Shown here: in pieces, positions 1 to 43,794 of the stretch
How positions within the stretch are numbered: the first letter of the stretch is position 1
Layout: each line of letters begins with the position of its first letter
Assembly: GCF_006345805.1 (NCBI RefSeq)
Contig: NC_043016.1
Span: 12,710,001 to 12,774,000 of the forward strand
Length of the DNA stretch: 64,000 nt
Origin: Octopus sinensis
Lineage: Eukaryota
Direction of reading: 5' to 3'
Made by a program: the position numbers and the translations under genes
Notes under the pieces: generated by a model
Database searches by the model: none
What the model saw: the letters and a program-made list of their open reading frames with translations, nothing else
Told to the model about the DNA's origin: nothing

Positions 1-1150
1 CACAAATTACAATTTTTAAGATATTTCTGGGGAAAATTTTTTCCCGAAGAGGTTTCCAAAAGTACTCTCCCCACGCCCACATTCGTTTAGTCAAACTTTT
101 TTCATATTCTTTTACATCTAGTAGGCTGGGTTTCTTTTTGTTTTCGTTAACGGGTCTCAAACTGTATATTGACCCTAATTTCTGTCGGAGTTCACACGAT
201 CCGTTTTCTTCCCCTCATAACTTTCAGGATCTAGCTTAGCGCCAGGTCACCAAAACGGAAAAAAAAACTCTATTGTAACGGGTGTAAAAAATAATGTATA
301 GAAAACGAATATGAGAAAAAAAAATTACGCAAATGAATGGGGGGAGGCAGGCAAGTTATCCTTTCCTCTCTCGAATCGTTACCGTCAAATAATTACCAAC
401 CAAGACGTAGGTGTATACATGTGTGTTTGCGCAAATTTTTATTTTCATATTCGTTTTCTTTCCGTTACACCAATTAGACTGGTTTCTTTTCGTTTTGGTG
501 ACCGAGCGCTAAACTAGATCCTGAAAGTTATGAGGAGGAGCGGGGGGGGGTGTCGGACCGTGTGAACTTTCCGACAGTCCTCTCCCCACCCCTTCGGAAA
601 AGCATTTCCCCACAAATTTGTTTATAATCGCAATCTAAGCTGCTTGAAATGTGTTTCTGTAAAATTTTATTCAAAGATATCCATTTTCCTGAAAGTTATG
701 AGGAAAAAACCGGATCTTGTGAATTTTCCGAAAGTCTCCACCCCCCGTTAGTTTGTGCAGTTTTTTTCATATTCGTTTTTTACACATTTTTATTTACACC
801 TATTAGACTTTTTTTTTTTCGTTTTGGTGACCGGGCGCTAAACAAGATCCTGAAAGTTATAAAGGAAAAAAACCGGATCTATGTTGTTTGAAAGGTGTTT
901 CTGCAAAACCTCAACGAAAGATATCCATTTTCCTGAAAGTTACGAGGGAAAAAAACGGATCGTGAGAATTTTCCGAGTCTTCTCCCCATCCCTTCGGGGA
1001 AAAAAATTTCCCCAGAAATTTCTTTATAATAGTAATTTGTGTCATTTGAACGGTATTTCTATAAAATTTCATGAATATATATCCATTTTCCTGAAAGTTA
1101 AAAGGGGAAAATCGAATCCTGCGAATTTTCCAAAAGTACTCTCCCCACCC
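1..1150. repeat. Degenerate tandem repeat (satellite-like or decayed element ends)
   Basis: Recurrent blocks ATATCCATTTTCCTGAAAGTTA (about 677, 920, 1080), TTTTGGTGACCG(A/G)GCGCTAAAC (about 492, 822) and AAAGTACTCTCCCCAC (about 58, 1133). Confidence 0.65.
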
Positions 1151-1169
1151 CCACATTCATTTTTTTTTT

Positions 1170-1568
1170 CTCTCTTTTTCTTTTTTACTTGTTTCAGTCA
1201 TTTGACTGCGGCCAAGCTGGAGCACTGCCTTTAATCGAGCAACTCGACCCCGGGACTTATTCTTTGTAAGCCCAGTACTTATTCCATCGGTCTCTTTTTG
1301 CCGAACCGCTAAGTAACGGGGCCGTAAACACACCAGCATCGGTTGTGAAGCAATACTAGGGGGACAAACACAGACACACAAACACACATATATATACATA
1401 TATCCGACAGGCTTCTTTCAGTTTCCGTCTACCAAATCCACTCACAAGGCTTTGGTCGGCCCGAGGCTATAGCAGAAGACACTTGCCCAAGATGCCACGC
1501 AGTGGGACTGAACCCGGAACCATGTGGTTGGTAATCAAACTACTTACCACAGAGCCACTCCTGCGCCT
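1170..1568 (-). mobile_element. tRNA-derived SINE family A, full length (tRNA-like head, core, (TA)/(TG)n spacer, tail)
   Basis: Reverse complement has A box TGGCTCTGTGGTAAGTAG, B box GGTTCAGTCCC, then CTTGGGCAAGTG core and the tail ...ATGACTGAAACAAGTAAAA. More than 20 related copies in the window. Confidence 0.85.
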
Positions 1569-2204
1569 ATAGTCAAACTTTTTTTCATATTCTTTTACAC
1601 CTAGAAGGCTGGGTTTCTTTTTGTTTTCGTTAACGGGTCTCAAACTGTATATTGACCCCCATTTCTTCAAATATAATTTTCCTCTCATTTTTAAGTTCTT
1701 CTAGTTCTCTTTCTTCTCTCAAACATTTCAAAAGTTCTGACCGTGTTCTTTCTAAATCTTGAATCTTCGTTTTCATCTCAGCTTTTAACTTTTACATATT
1801 TTTCTTTTTGCTCTCTTATGCATTCTAAAACTATAGAATGTTTTGTTTTCCCAAATTTTGAAAATCGATTTCCATATCATCTTTTAGCTTTTTAGATATT
1901 TCTTTCTTCACTTTTATTCTAGAAGGGTTGAACGTGTTCTTTGCAAATCTAAATAAATAATTTTCTCCTCTCCATATTGTAGGTCTATGCGTTTCCTATG
2001 TCTTAAGATTTTTTAACATGTTCTCTTCCACTTTGCCAAATGTCTATAGGACCCCGATAAGACATCTTCGTCTGTGTCTAAAACTGCAACAACTACCACA
2101 GAAATTCCTATTTCTTTACTACCCATAAGGGGCTAAAACTACCACAGAAATTCCGTTAATGGAAAAAAACCCCGTTACTTTTATACATAAAAATATGAAA
2201 ATAC

Positions 2205-2250
2205 ACACACACACACATCTATCTATCTATCTATCTGTCTGTCTGTCTGA

Positions 2251-2324
<74 letters not shown>

Positions 2325-2355
2325 GTCTGTCTCACTCTGTCTCTCTGTCTATCTA
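2205..2355. repeat. (CA)n/(ATCT)n microsatellite upstream of MDH1
   Basis: Direct inspection. Confidence 0.95.
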
Positions 2356-2683
2356 TGAAAGAGGGAGATAGAGCGCATGAGTGTAAGTAAAGGAAGAAAA
2401 GAAAGCGAAAGAAGAGGAGGTGAGAGAGAGATAGATTAATAGAGCTGTTTTGTATTAGACCGTTCCTCACGCACTCCTCTTGAAGAAAGAAGGGGAGGAG
2501 AGAGATAGACAGAGAGAGAGAGAGAGAGAGTTCTTCTCTATTAGTTTATTATTCCTCACGCTCTCCTCTTGCTGCTGCTGCTGCTTTTGTGTTTTGTTCA
2601 ACCCGACGTTCACTCAGTGCTGTCCTTAAAGCAAACTTCGGCGTTGTTGGTTCAAATTAAGCTTCTCAACACCTCAAGCAATC

Positions 2684-33747
<31,064 letters not shown>

Positions 33748-33750
<3 letters not shown>

Positions 33751-33771
33751 CTGTTTGATCCTAAATTGTAA
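33748..33771 (+). other. Candidate stop-codon readthrough extension X-LFDPKL* with PTS1-like end
   Basis: TGA CTG TTT GAT CCT AAA TTG TAA in frame with MDH1. Leaky UGA-C context; C-terminal PKL. Function is inferred. Confidence 0.55.
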
Positions 33772-34088
33772 CCTTGCCTTAGACAAATATCTTGTGAAAA
33801 ATATGATATTTTTAGATATCCTTTAGTTTACACAGCTACATCTTTATAATTTGATTCACAAAGAAAATATTTCTCTGATAAAAAATTAATTTTTTTAAAG
33901 ATTTGCCCTGAAACTCAAGTCCTTAGGTTAAATTTTCTGTATCTGATTCAATAGATTAAGTGATTGTGCTAATTGTTTTGGCAAAATGATGTCCCTATCA
34001 AGAAGTAGATATTTTTAAAATGAAGAATAAGGTATATATTATGGTAAAACTGTTTCAGAACAAGAATCGATCAAAAAGTAAAATTAAA

Positions 34089-34187
34089 AATAAAGAATAA
34101 AACGTTAAAAAAAAAAATGAAAACGGTTTATTGATCTGAAGAATAACATATTGAAATTTTGCTTGTAATTCATGTCTTCAGAATAAA
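34089..34187 (+). terminator. Candidate MDH1 polyadenylation signals
   Basis: AATAAA at 34089, 34096 and 34182, 340-440 nt after the stop; T-rich sequence follows the last one. Confidence 0.55.
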
Positions 34188-35779
34188 TATTTGTAACAGA
34201 ATTCTATACTGTATTCTTGTTTTATACATTACACTTGCACATACATACATAAGCAAATAAATAAACCGTTTTTCCATGCTTGGTTGGGGGTGAGTCTCAC
34301 AGAGACTCTGAGATCCTTTGTCATTTGGGATATGGCAGCAGAGGAAACCAATCTTAGTTGTGTATATGATTTTATGATCAGCTTCCTTTATTTTACAGCA
34401 TAGACTCTATGCATTTTATCATACTACTGGCACTGAAAAGATTGTCTGTGACATGAGTAGATAACCCCTTCTTAATAACTCTGAATAAAAGGGGAAAAAA
34501 AGCAAAACCAAATTTTATTCAGTTATTTGCTCCTAGCTGGTTTGTCTGCTCTGAGACTTGTGCAGTCCATTGTCTCTTCCATTCATTCCTTTCATATTGC
34601 CAACCCCACTCACTGGTCATTGTTCTAAAATTAGAGAAAAGCTTCCGTAAGAAAGACGCGTTAACAAACTTGCATCAGAAATGTCAGTGAATCCCTACTG
34701 GGTGACTTCAACCTGCCTTAGCCTCAAATGGCCAAAAAGACTACCTTCTCTCTGGAATTCACAGTATGATGACAAACAATCTTCACTTGACCTCATTGTT
34801 ATTCAAGTCATTGGAATAAATGGTCCACTGCAGATGCAAAGGCAACAAAAGTAATTTGAAAATTATGATATAAAGGTGACTCTTAGGTTCTTTTCTCCAA
34901 CCACATCATCATCATCATCGTTTAGCATCTGCTTTCCATGCTGGCATGGGTTGGATATTTTGACTGTGGACTGGCAAGCCAGGAGGCTGCACCAGGCTCC
35001 AATCTGATCTGGCAATGATTCTACAGCTGAGAGTGTAGTGGTTGCATTTCACATGCCACCGGCACAAGTGTCAATCAGATGGTACTGGCATCAACCGTGT
35101 TTTTTACATGCCACCAATATGGGAGCCAGTCAGGCAGTGTAAAATTAATGATGTGCAGGCCAAGAGAAAATGTTGTTCAGAACTGCCAAAAATGTATACA
35201 CACTTCAGGAAAGGAAAAATCTTTATAAACGTTTTTTTTTTAGTGTTATCACAGTTTGACAAAACATGGAAAGTGGCATCTATATTTATAGAGGTACTTA
35301 TTTATACAAGTTAGATATTTATACAGATTTTTCCTTTCCTGAAGTGTGCATACATTTTTTTGGTGAACTCTATATTAGCATGTTTAGCGTGAATTCTAAT
35401 GGGAAGAAATTTCAGTTGAGGATGCAAGGGCTGTAATTTAAGGGCTAAAACCAAAGCCGTAGCAAATAGGAAAATGGACAAATCTAAAATCCCCCCTAAG
35501 GAGACGGCCTTATTCAGGATGTGGGAAAGGTACTGGTAGAAACTCCATACAGTGTACCCACTATGGTTGAATGGTTTGGCCAGCTAGGGAGCTGTCTTGG
35601 TTCCATTCGTCTATTTTGGAATGGATGCATAAGAGATGTGGTGTATCATGGGAAGGTTAACAAAAAGGAGCCTTTGTGTGTGACAGATGTGTGGGTATAA
35701 TAAATGCTAAGAATGCACAGAGAATAGACTTCCTGAAATGTCTGGGGGTTCCTTAGCAGACAGCTTCCTTTACCTAGGT

Positions 35780-36630
35780 AACTGAGTAGTGGAGAAGGAA
35801 GTTCTGAAAGTGTTGCTAGAATAAGAACAGGCTGGGCAAAGTTGAGAGAGCTTCTATCTTTGTTGGTAACTAAGGGCCTCTCCCTCAGAGTGAATGACAG
35901 ATTGTATGATGCCTGTATATGTACAGCTATGCTACACAACAACAAAACATGAGTTGTGACTACAGAGGACTTGTGAAGGTTTGAAAGAAATGAAGCCAGC
36001 ATGCTCAACTGGATGGGTGATGTCGGTGTGCAAATAAGATAGAGTGTAATTGTCTTGAGAGAAAAATTGGGTACAAGAGGCATCGGCTGTAATGTATAAG
36101 AGAGGAAACTGCGCTAGTTTGATCATAGGATGCATATGGATGGGGATAGCTGCTTAAAGAAGTGCTAAGGGAACATGTGGAAAATCCAGGAAGATGTGAG
36201 ACAAAGTAGAGAAAGGTCTTCAGACGGGTCTTATTGAGGAGATTCCTGGTAGTTTGTTGTGCTTGAGAAGACCTGACAAGTTTAGTAAAAGTGTAGCTGT
36301 CCATACATATAGGTATATCCTCTACATCCTTTTCTCAGCCCAGAGGTTCTTCCTTTGAGAGCTCACAGGTGCTGCTGTCACATGAAATGCGTGCTAGTGT
36401 CATGTAATGGCACTGTGCCGGTGCCATGTAAAATTCCCCATGCCAATGCCATGTAAAAGCACTCTTGTCGGTGCCACATAAAAAGCACCCAGTGAAATGG
36501 TTGGTATTAGGAAGGGCATCTAGTTGTAGAAGCCATTTCAAAATAGACGAATAGAACCTGGACAGCTCCTCAGCTGGCCAAACCGTTCAACCAATGCCAT
36601 CATGGAAAGCAGACGTTAAATAATGGTGAT
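35780..36630 (+). mobile_element. Decayed RTE-clade LINE 3' fragment
   Basis: Remnants resembling WAKLRELLSLLVTKGLSLRVNDRLYDAC and the RTE 3' tail GCAGACGTTAAATAATGGTGATG. Confidence 0.75.
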
Positions 36631-37115
36631 GGAACTGTTCTGAAACCATCTGTATGCAAACAACAGGCATGGATGATTAGGAAGTTAGTTAGTGCCCTAA
36701 CTAACTTTGTGGTTTCAGATTCAATAATACTTACTTAGTACCTTGGGCAAATGATTTCTGTCATTGATTCAGATACCAATACACATTTTTTCGTCAGCTC
36801 GTTGTCCTAAAAGGGATAGAAAAATTTTTTTTAAATGATTTCACGTTCGCATTCCATGCTGGTATGGGTTGGATGGTCTGACAGTAGAAGTCAGAAGACG
36901 AATATAAATAATAAAAACAAAGATGGCAGAATCGTTAACACGTTGGGGAAAATGCTTAACGGCATTTCGTCCGTTTTTACGTTCTGAGTTCAAATTCTGC
37001 CATGAACGACTTTGCCTTTAATCCGTCTGAGACTGGTATAATAGATACCAGTCGATGTAATCCACATACCTCTTTCCTGAAATTGCTGGACGTGTACCAA
37101 AATCTGAAGCAAATA

Positions 37116-37510
37116 TCTTTATATATAAAAGTGAAGTTGTGTGTCTGTCTCCTACGATTTAGATTCTTAACTACTCCCACATTTTGCGGTGCAGTTTAAC
37201 CAAAACCGGGTATCTTATAGTCGTGATTCATATCGAGCCCTTCTGGGTATTAGCGCGCGTCTACGATGAGTCTACGATTTAAAAAAAAATTTACCATCAA
37301 TTTTTCCCATTTTTAATCCATTTTTGACATATATAAGGGAAGTAACTCTCTAAAATTTATTATTAAATCTCAGAACGTAAAAAGCTACAGTAACACCCCT
37401 CCCCCTTTGTGGTTAGCCATATTGAGATGGCTATTATACTTTACATCTCTAAAAATGCTTATATAATTATTTCTCTTACAAACCCGAGCAACGCCGGGCG
37501 ATACTGCTAG
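37116..37510 (+). mobile_element. Non-autonomous Helitron
   Basis: A|TCTTTATATATAAAAGTGAAG 5' end; 3' hairpin CCCGAGCAACGCCGGG followed by CTAG|T. Confidence 0.8.
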
Positions 37511-37881
37511 TGTATAATAAAAGAAAATAAGCAGTCGTTTGTATCTTTTTTTCTTCCTAAATTTTTCATTTTAAACCTGTATTTATTTTTCATTGATGTA
37601 TGCCATCGATATTTTCTTTTATCTGCAGTAAACCACTAAGTCAGTTTTAAGAATCACTGCAAATGCATTGTGATCTGAGAGTGGATTCCTATTTCTAGCA
37701 AGCGACCATTTCCAAAATAGGAGCTGACAAAATCATAATCATAAGCAGAGTATACTGAGATGGAAAGAGTTGTGTACCTTGCCAACAAAAACACTGGTTT
37801 TATTCCTTTCCTCCCTCCCTCCCTCCTTTCCGTTCCTATGCTTTTCTTATGAAGACACCAGAGGTTTAACAGTATCAACCA

Positions 37882-38262
37882 CTAGCAGTATCGCTCGGGT
37901 TTGTTTCGACCCTTTAGAATTGGAATTTTTTGAAAAGTAAAAATTTTGCATTATGTACCTTGTTATTCTCTTTAAGTGAACATTTTTCTGGTTGAAATAC
38001 ACCGAAAAATGGCGACACAGCAGTCAAAAAACCGTAAAAAATAGGGATTTTCATAGAAAAAAAGCACCTTTTTGATGTAAATAATTTTTGGTGTTAACAT
38101 GGTCCGATTTGAATTTTTTCTTCTACGGAAGGAAGAGCAAGCCTTCTTCTATCATACTCTCAATTTTGGTCAACTAGCGCCACAGGGTCTCGGAAGAGAC
38201 AGTGTTAATTGAAGGCTACCAAACCAGCCATATACAGAGAACTTCAGCTTTATATATAGAGA
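37882..38262 (-). mobile_element. Non-autonomous Helitron (second family, opposite orientation)
   Basis: Minus strand starts A|TCTCTATATATAAAGCTGAAG and ends CCCGAGCGATACTGCTAG|T. Confidence 0.75.
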
Positions 38263-39189
38263 TTAGCTGAAAGTTTGCTGTTATAATCAGTAAGAAAGAA
38301 CTCATTAAAAAGGAAATTATGAGTTGCCTCCCCTGCTTTGGTTTACAGAAACATCACGGATTACATTCGTACGCACACACACAGACACGTACACACACAC
38401 ACACACTGGCATACTTAACGCCGATAATTGATTCCATGACACGCGACTTAACTAGAAAATCAATAATATTTTGTACATATATTTTTTTACAATCTTATTA
38501 TATTATTCTTTATAAGCCTAGTACTTATTCTATCGGTCTCTTTTGCTGAACTGCTAAGTGACAGGGACGTAAACACACCAGCATCGGCTGTCAAACAATG
38601 CTAGGGGGACAAACGCAGACACACAAACATATACACACACATACATATACATATATACAACAGGCTTCATTTCAGTATTGAGTTTTTGATGTATTATTAA
38701 AAATTGTTAATCTTTTAAAAGATGTTGATTTGAGACCGACGGATAAATCGGTTCAAGTTTATTTTTTCCATTAATTTATTTAAAAAAAGCAAAGAACAAA
38801 CAAAAAAAACGATGCAAATAAAAAAAAAAAAGGCGTAACACGAAACGACGTAATTTGAGGTAGGCGTACATTGGGTTATCATCTACAAAGTATGGTGTTA
38901 TCTATTTAATTATCAACTTCCTGAACACGGTTGATTAACGTCCGTAGAAATGCTTTGCAACGGTATTCGTTCCGGATCTTTACGTTCTGAGCTCAAATCC
39001 CTGAGTTGCCTTTCGTCTTTTTGAGGCTCAGTAAAATAAAGTAAAAAACCCCGGTTAAGTGTCATTGGTATCGACTAATCTCCTCCAAACACAATTGCCA
39101 TATATATATATATATAATGGCCTTGTGCTTATATCTGAAAGGTTGCTTCTTGCTCCACTTTCGCTACAGACAAAAGATGTGTTTATATC

Positions 39190-39934
39190 TATTTCTTTAT
39201 TACCCACAAGGGGCTATACATAGAGAGGACAAACAAGGACAGACATAGGTATTAAGTCGATTACATCGACCCCAGTGCGTAACTGGTACTTTATTTATCG
39301 ACCCCAGAAGGATGAAAGGTAAAGTCGACCTCGGTGGAATTTGAACTCAGAACGTAACGGCAGACGAAATACCGCTAAGCATTTCGCCCGACGTGCTAAC
39401 GGTTCTGCCAGCTCGCCGCCTTCGATGTGTTTATATCATGGAAACCAAGCAACCGGTCTTGTAAGTCCGTGGATGCGAGATAATAATTAATGTCTTGGGG
39501 CTGTTGATGCTGAAGAACTTTTCGCATTGGTTTTTTTTTTAAACAAACAAAAAAAAAACTTTCATATTCATTATAACAAATCACTTTGCAGTAAAATTTA
39601 CATAATTAAACAAAAGTAAAAAATGTCAATATTTCAGACTAGATTAAGACGTCAAGCTGGCAGAATTGTTTGCACGCTGAGAAAAATGCTTCGTGGTAAC
39701 TCGCTTGTCTTTACATTATGAATTCAAATACCTATTTCTTTACGACCCGCAAGGGGCTGAACACAGAGGAGACAAACAAGGACAGACGGATTAAGCCTGG
39801 TACTTAATTTATCGACCCCGAAAGGATGAATGGCAAAGTCAACCTTGGCGGAATTTGAACTCACAACGTAACCGCAGACGAAATACCGCTAAGCATTTCG
39901 CCCGGTGTGCTAACGTTTCTGCCAGCTCGCCGCC
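39190..39934 (-). mobile_element. Two SINE family B copies (39190-39420, 39733-39934)
   Basis: Reverse complements of the 7531 copy. Confidence 0.85.
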
Positions 39935-40659
39935 CGCCGAGGTCGATTTTGCTTTCCGTCCTTTCGGATTCGATAAAATAAGTACCAGTTGAGCAAGGGG
40001 GTCGATGAAAGCCACGTACCCCCCTCCACCGAAACAGACGGTGTTGTGCCGAAATTCGAAACCAATATTTCGGAATACTTCAATAAATGTTAGCCAACCT
40101 CACTAGATTAGGCTACCGAACAGTAATTCCCAAGATATACTGGAGTGATCTCCCCTCGTTATCTAAGGTCCACAAGAGAAGGATTTTAATTTCAAGACAG
40201 CAAGCTAGCAAAATTAATAATTTACACTACCATCATCTCACAACAATGAGATTTTGTGGTTGTTTAGCATCAAGCAAATCCTGTTCTAGTGTACCTATAG
40301 TCAAAGACATTTTTGTTCAGATAACTTTTGCATTAGTACGTCTTGCCTCTAAGACTTTCCTTCTATGACTTTCTTGTCTTTTCAAACATAAATTATAACT
40401 GGTGCTTCCTGCACGAATGCAATACGAGTCTCGGATATATAAATAAAGGCGAATAACAGATCAGATTTCATTATTCGTGCAAGAGTCAAACAGTATTTGT
40501 TCTGGCCGATTTTCTATGGCTGGATGCCTTTCCTCTCATATTACAACCCACAGCAGAACATGTTTTTGCAGAAGATTGGAAACAAATGACACCAAATATT
40601 GTTCCTGAAAGTTGTTTTTTATATCTTTATCCTTGGATTTTACTGTTTTATATATATAT

Positions 40660-40733
<74 letters not shown>

Positions 40734-40737
40734 CATA

Positions 40738-40787
<50 letters not shown>

Positions 40788-40839
40788 TTGCTTCTCAGTC
40801 TTATAGCTTAGATCAAGGTCTAATATCTACTCTTATCAG

Positions 40840-40881
<42 letters not shown>

Positions 40882-40983
40882 TCGGGGTGAGTACTTGATA
40901 ATTATAAGCACCTGTGTATATCGTTTGGTGGTGTAGGTGGTGGAGTAAATTGATCAAAATAAAAACATGATGCGAAGGATTCA

Positions 40984-41061
40984 GCGGTACATATGTTTCG
41001 GGCCTTTATTAGACAGATTTATAACAATGCATAATGTATGTCTGTGGCCTTCTTCAGCCGC
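40984..41061 (-). ncRNA. Type I hammerhead ribozyme motif (left arm of palindrome)
   Basis: Mirror copy with perfect stem I GCGG/CCGC. Confidence 0.65.
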
Positions 41062-41313
41062 GCACAACAGCTTCCACAAGGACATGTGTTACATCAAAAA
41101 TTCTTGGTTGGGGATGCAAATCCTCTCATTCGCGTACGACATAATGCGGCAGCAGCATAGAATTGAAGCGTCCATCTCTTTCTTCTCTCAAAGAAAGAGA
41201 TGGACGCTTCAATTCTATGCTGCTGCCGCATTATGTCGTACGCGAATGAGAGGATTTGCATCCCCAACCAAGAATTTTTGATGTAACACATGTCCTTGTG
41301 GAAGCTGTTGTGC

Positions 41314-41391
41314 GCGGCTGAAGAAGGCCACAGACATACATTATGCATTGTTATAAATCTGTCTAATAAAGGCCCGAAACATATGTACCAC
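41314..41391 (+). ncRNA. Type I hammerhead ribozyme motif (right arm of palindrome)
   Basis: GCGG-CTGAAGA-A-GGCC...GGCC-C-GAA-ACATATGT-A-CCAC; palindromic stem III; stem I has one mismatch. Confidence 0.6.
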
Positions 41392-41814
41392 TGAATCCTT
41401 CGCATCATGTTTTTATTTTGATCAATTTATATATATATATATATAATGGTATTTATATAAGCTTAAAGCTTATGGTGATCACCATGCAATGACTAAGGAA
41501 AATAGTCTAATAATGGGGCAAATAAGCCCTCAACAGAAAAAAGTAGGCTTTCCTATCCGCGTGGGACTCAAACCCACATCTCTTTGTTAATGCGACTAAG
41601 TGTGTTACTATTTTACCAGCAAAAACACACAAAGGGATGTGGGTTCAAGTTCCACACGAAAGGGAAAGCTTACTTTTTTTCTGTTGAGGGCTTATTTGCC
41701 CCATTATTAGACTTTAAGCTTTAGGCTCATAAAAATACCATTATTATTATTTACAGGATTGTAAAACTCAGCACCGTATAACAAAACCATTCACATCGAA
41801 AGCACATATCATCA

Positions 41815-43650
41815 TCATCATCATCATCATCATTTAACGTCCGTTTTCCATGCTGGCATGTGTTGGACGATTTGACTGGGGTCTAGGAAGCCTGGAGGCT
41901 GCACCAGGCCCCAAAATGATCTGGCAGTGTTTCTACAGCTGGATGCCCTTCCTAACACCTCACTTTATTTGCCAGGGTTTTTCGGTCACAGCATACCTCC
42001 AGAGGTCTTTGTCTTTTGTAATTGCCTCTGTGAAGCCCAACGTTTGAAGGCCATGCTTCACCACCTCATCCCATGTCTTCCTGGGTCTCCCTCTACCCCA
42101 GATTCCTTCCACTGTTTGGGAGTGACACTTCTTCACACAGTTCTCCTCATCCATCTGCAGTACATGACCATACCAGTGCAGATGTCTCTCTTGCACTCCA
42201 CAGCTGATGCTTCATATATCCAACATTTCTCTCAGAGTGCTTACACTCTGTCATGTGTGCACACTGACATTATACATCCAGCGGATCATGCTAGCTTCAT
42301 TTCTTTTGAGCCTACGCATGTCTTCAGTAGTCATGGCCCATGTTTCACGACTGTGAAGCATGGCATTTTGCACACATGCATCATACAATTTACCTTTCAG
42401 ACTAAGCAAGAGAACCTTTGTCACCAGTAGGAGTAGAAGCTTTCTGAACTTTGCCCAGGCTATTCGTATTCTAGTGGTAACACTCTCTGAGCATCCACCC
42501 CCACTACTAACTTGGTCACCTAGGTAACGGAAGCTATCAACTACTGGATCAACACTTGGCAGGCTCTCCTCCCCACATTCATTCTCCACGTTGAGCAGTC
42601 TTTCATAATGGCTTCTCCAAACCTCTTTCTTTTCAGAAACATTAAAAGCAAATGCACCATCATCCATGTGAACACATTTCTCTCCTGTGACATTACAATT
42701 ATCTCTCACACACTGTCTTACAATCCAGAATACTTCAGTTCCCAGGTCCTCAAGTCACTGGACATTGGCAAACTTCTTTTCTGCTTCACACTTGGCTATA
42801 TATACCTGCTGCCAAGCCTCCCTTTCTGCTTTCTAGTACAGTTCCCTGCTACCCCCACCCTTCTAGGCTTTCTAGACCTGTTTCTTTGCTCTGATAGCTT
42901 TGTCTACTGTATTATTCCACCACCACATTACTATAGGTTGGAAGGGATTTAGCACCATCCGCAGACTTGGTCTGTGGCACTTGGCAAGCTGTCCTGTAGG
43001 AATTTCCAGCTACCTTCTATGTCCAAGGACTGTAGCTCCTCCTCCCTCTCATCAAATTTCTTGACGAGGATGTCCCTAAATCTCTGACCATGTGAAGGGT
43101 TCTTTAGCTTCCAAATTCTCTTCTGGATTGGCCTACTTCTAGGCATCCTCCTGGTCTCAAGTCGAAAGTCACTAACGACTAGTCTACACTGGGGGGTGGG
43201 GTGCATTCCTCACCTGGGAGGGTTTTTGTATTTAAGAGCAACTCTGAATCCCACTGTCTGGTGAGGATGAAATCAATCTGGCTAGCAGATTCACCTGACT
43301 GATAGGTTATAAGGTGACTCTCTGGCTTCCTGAAGTTAGTGTTGCAGATTAAAAGGTTACATGCATCACAGAACTCCAGTAGCCTAGTTCCCTCATCATT
43401 CTGGGAACCAATACCATGGACTCTGTGTACACCAGTGAAGATACCGGATTTCCATCCAACATGCCTAGTCACAAAGACGAGGTCATTGCCACTCGTCTTT
43501 GAGGTAGCCTGTTGAAGGGTATAATAAAAATGGTCCTTCTGATCATTTGTAGCCCCGCTTGTAGGGTGTAGGCAGAGATAATTGTAGCTGTGCTGTTCTG
43601 CAGGACTAAGGTCCTTGTATAAAGATAGAGTATTTCCAGGGAAACAGTCA
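41815..43650 (-). mobile_element. RTE-clade LINE, internally deleted and decayed (APE endonuclease plus RT C-terminus)
   Basis: Minus translations HGIGSQNDEGTRLLEFCDACNLLICNTNFRKPESHLITYQSG...QIDFILTR, FRYLGDQVSSGGGC...WAKFRKLL and LHWYGHVLQMDE; (GAT)n tail. Confidence 0.9.
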
Positions 43651-43794
43651 ACCTGAGTTCTGGACTATCAACAGATTGTTGGATTTCAGACTAATACTGA
43701 AATTCTTCAAGTGGAGAAAATTCTGGTTTCATGATGATAAAACCATTGTATGGGTGTGCCAGAGAGTATATGTATGTATATATATATATATATA

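Larger units (their letters stand above)
40946..41429. repeat. Near-perfect palindrome: 239-bp arms, 6-nt loop
   Basis: Arms 40946-41184 and 41191-41429, loop CTCTCA. The mirrored ORFs 40967+ and 41408- translate almost identically; one clear arm mismatch (CGG vs TGG). Confidence 0.95.

Noticed and set aside
1-2680. Head-to-head WDPCP-like gene as in the human MDH1 locus
   Set aside because: No coding exon or X-box found upstream of MDH1 exon 1 in this window.
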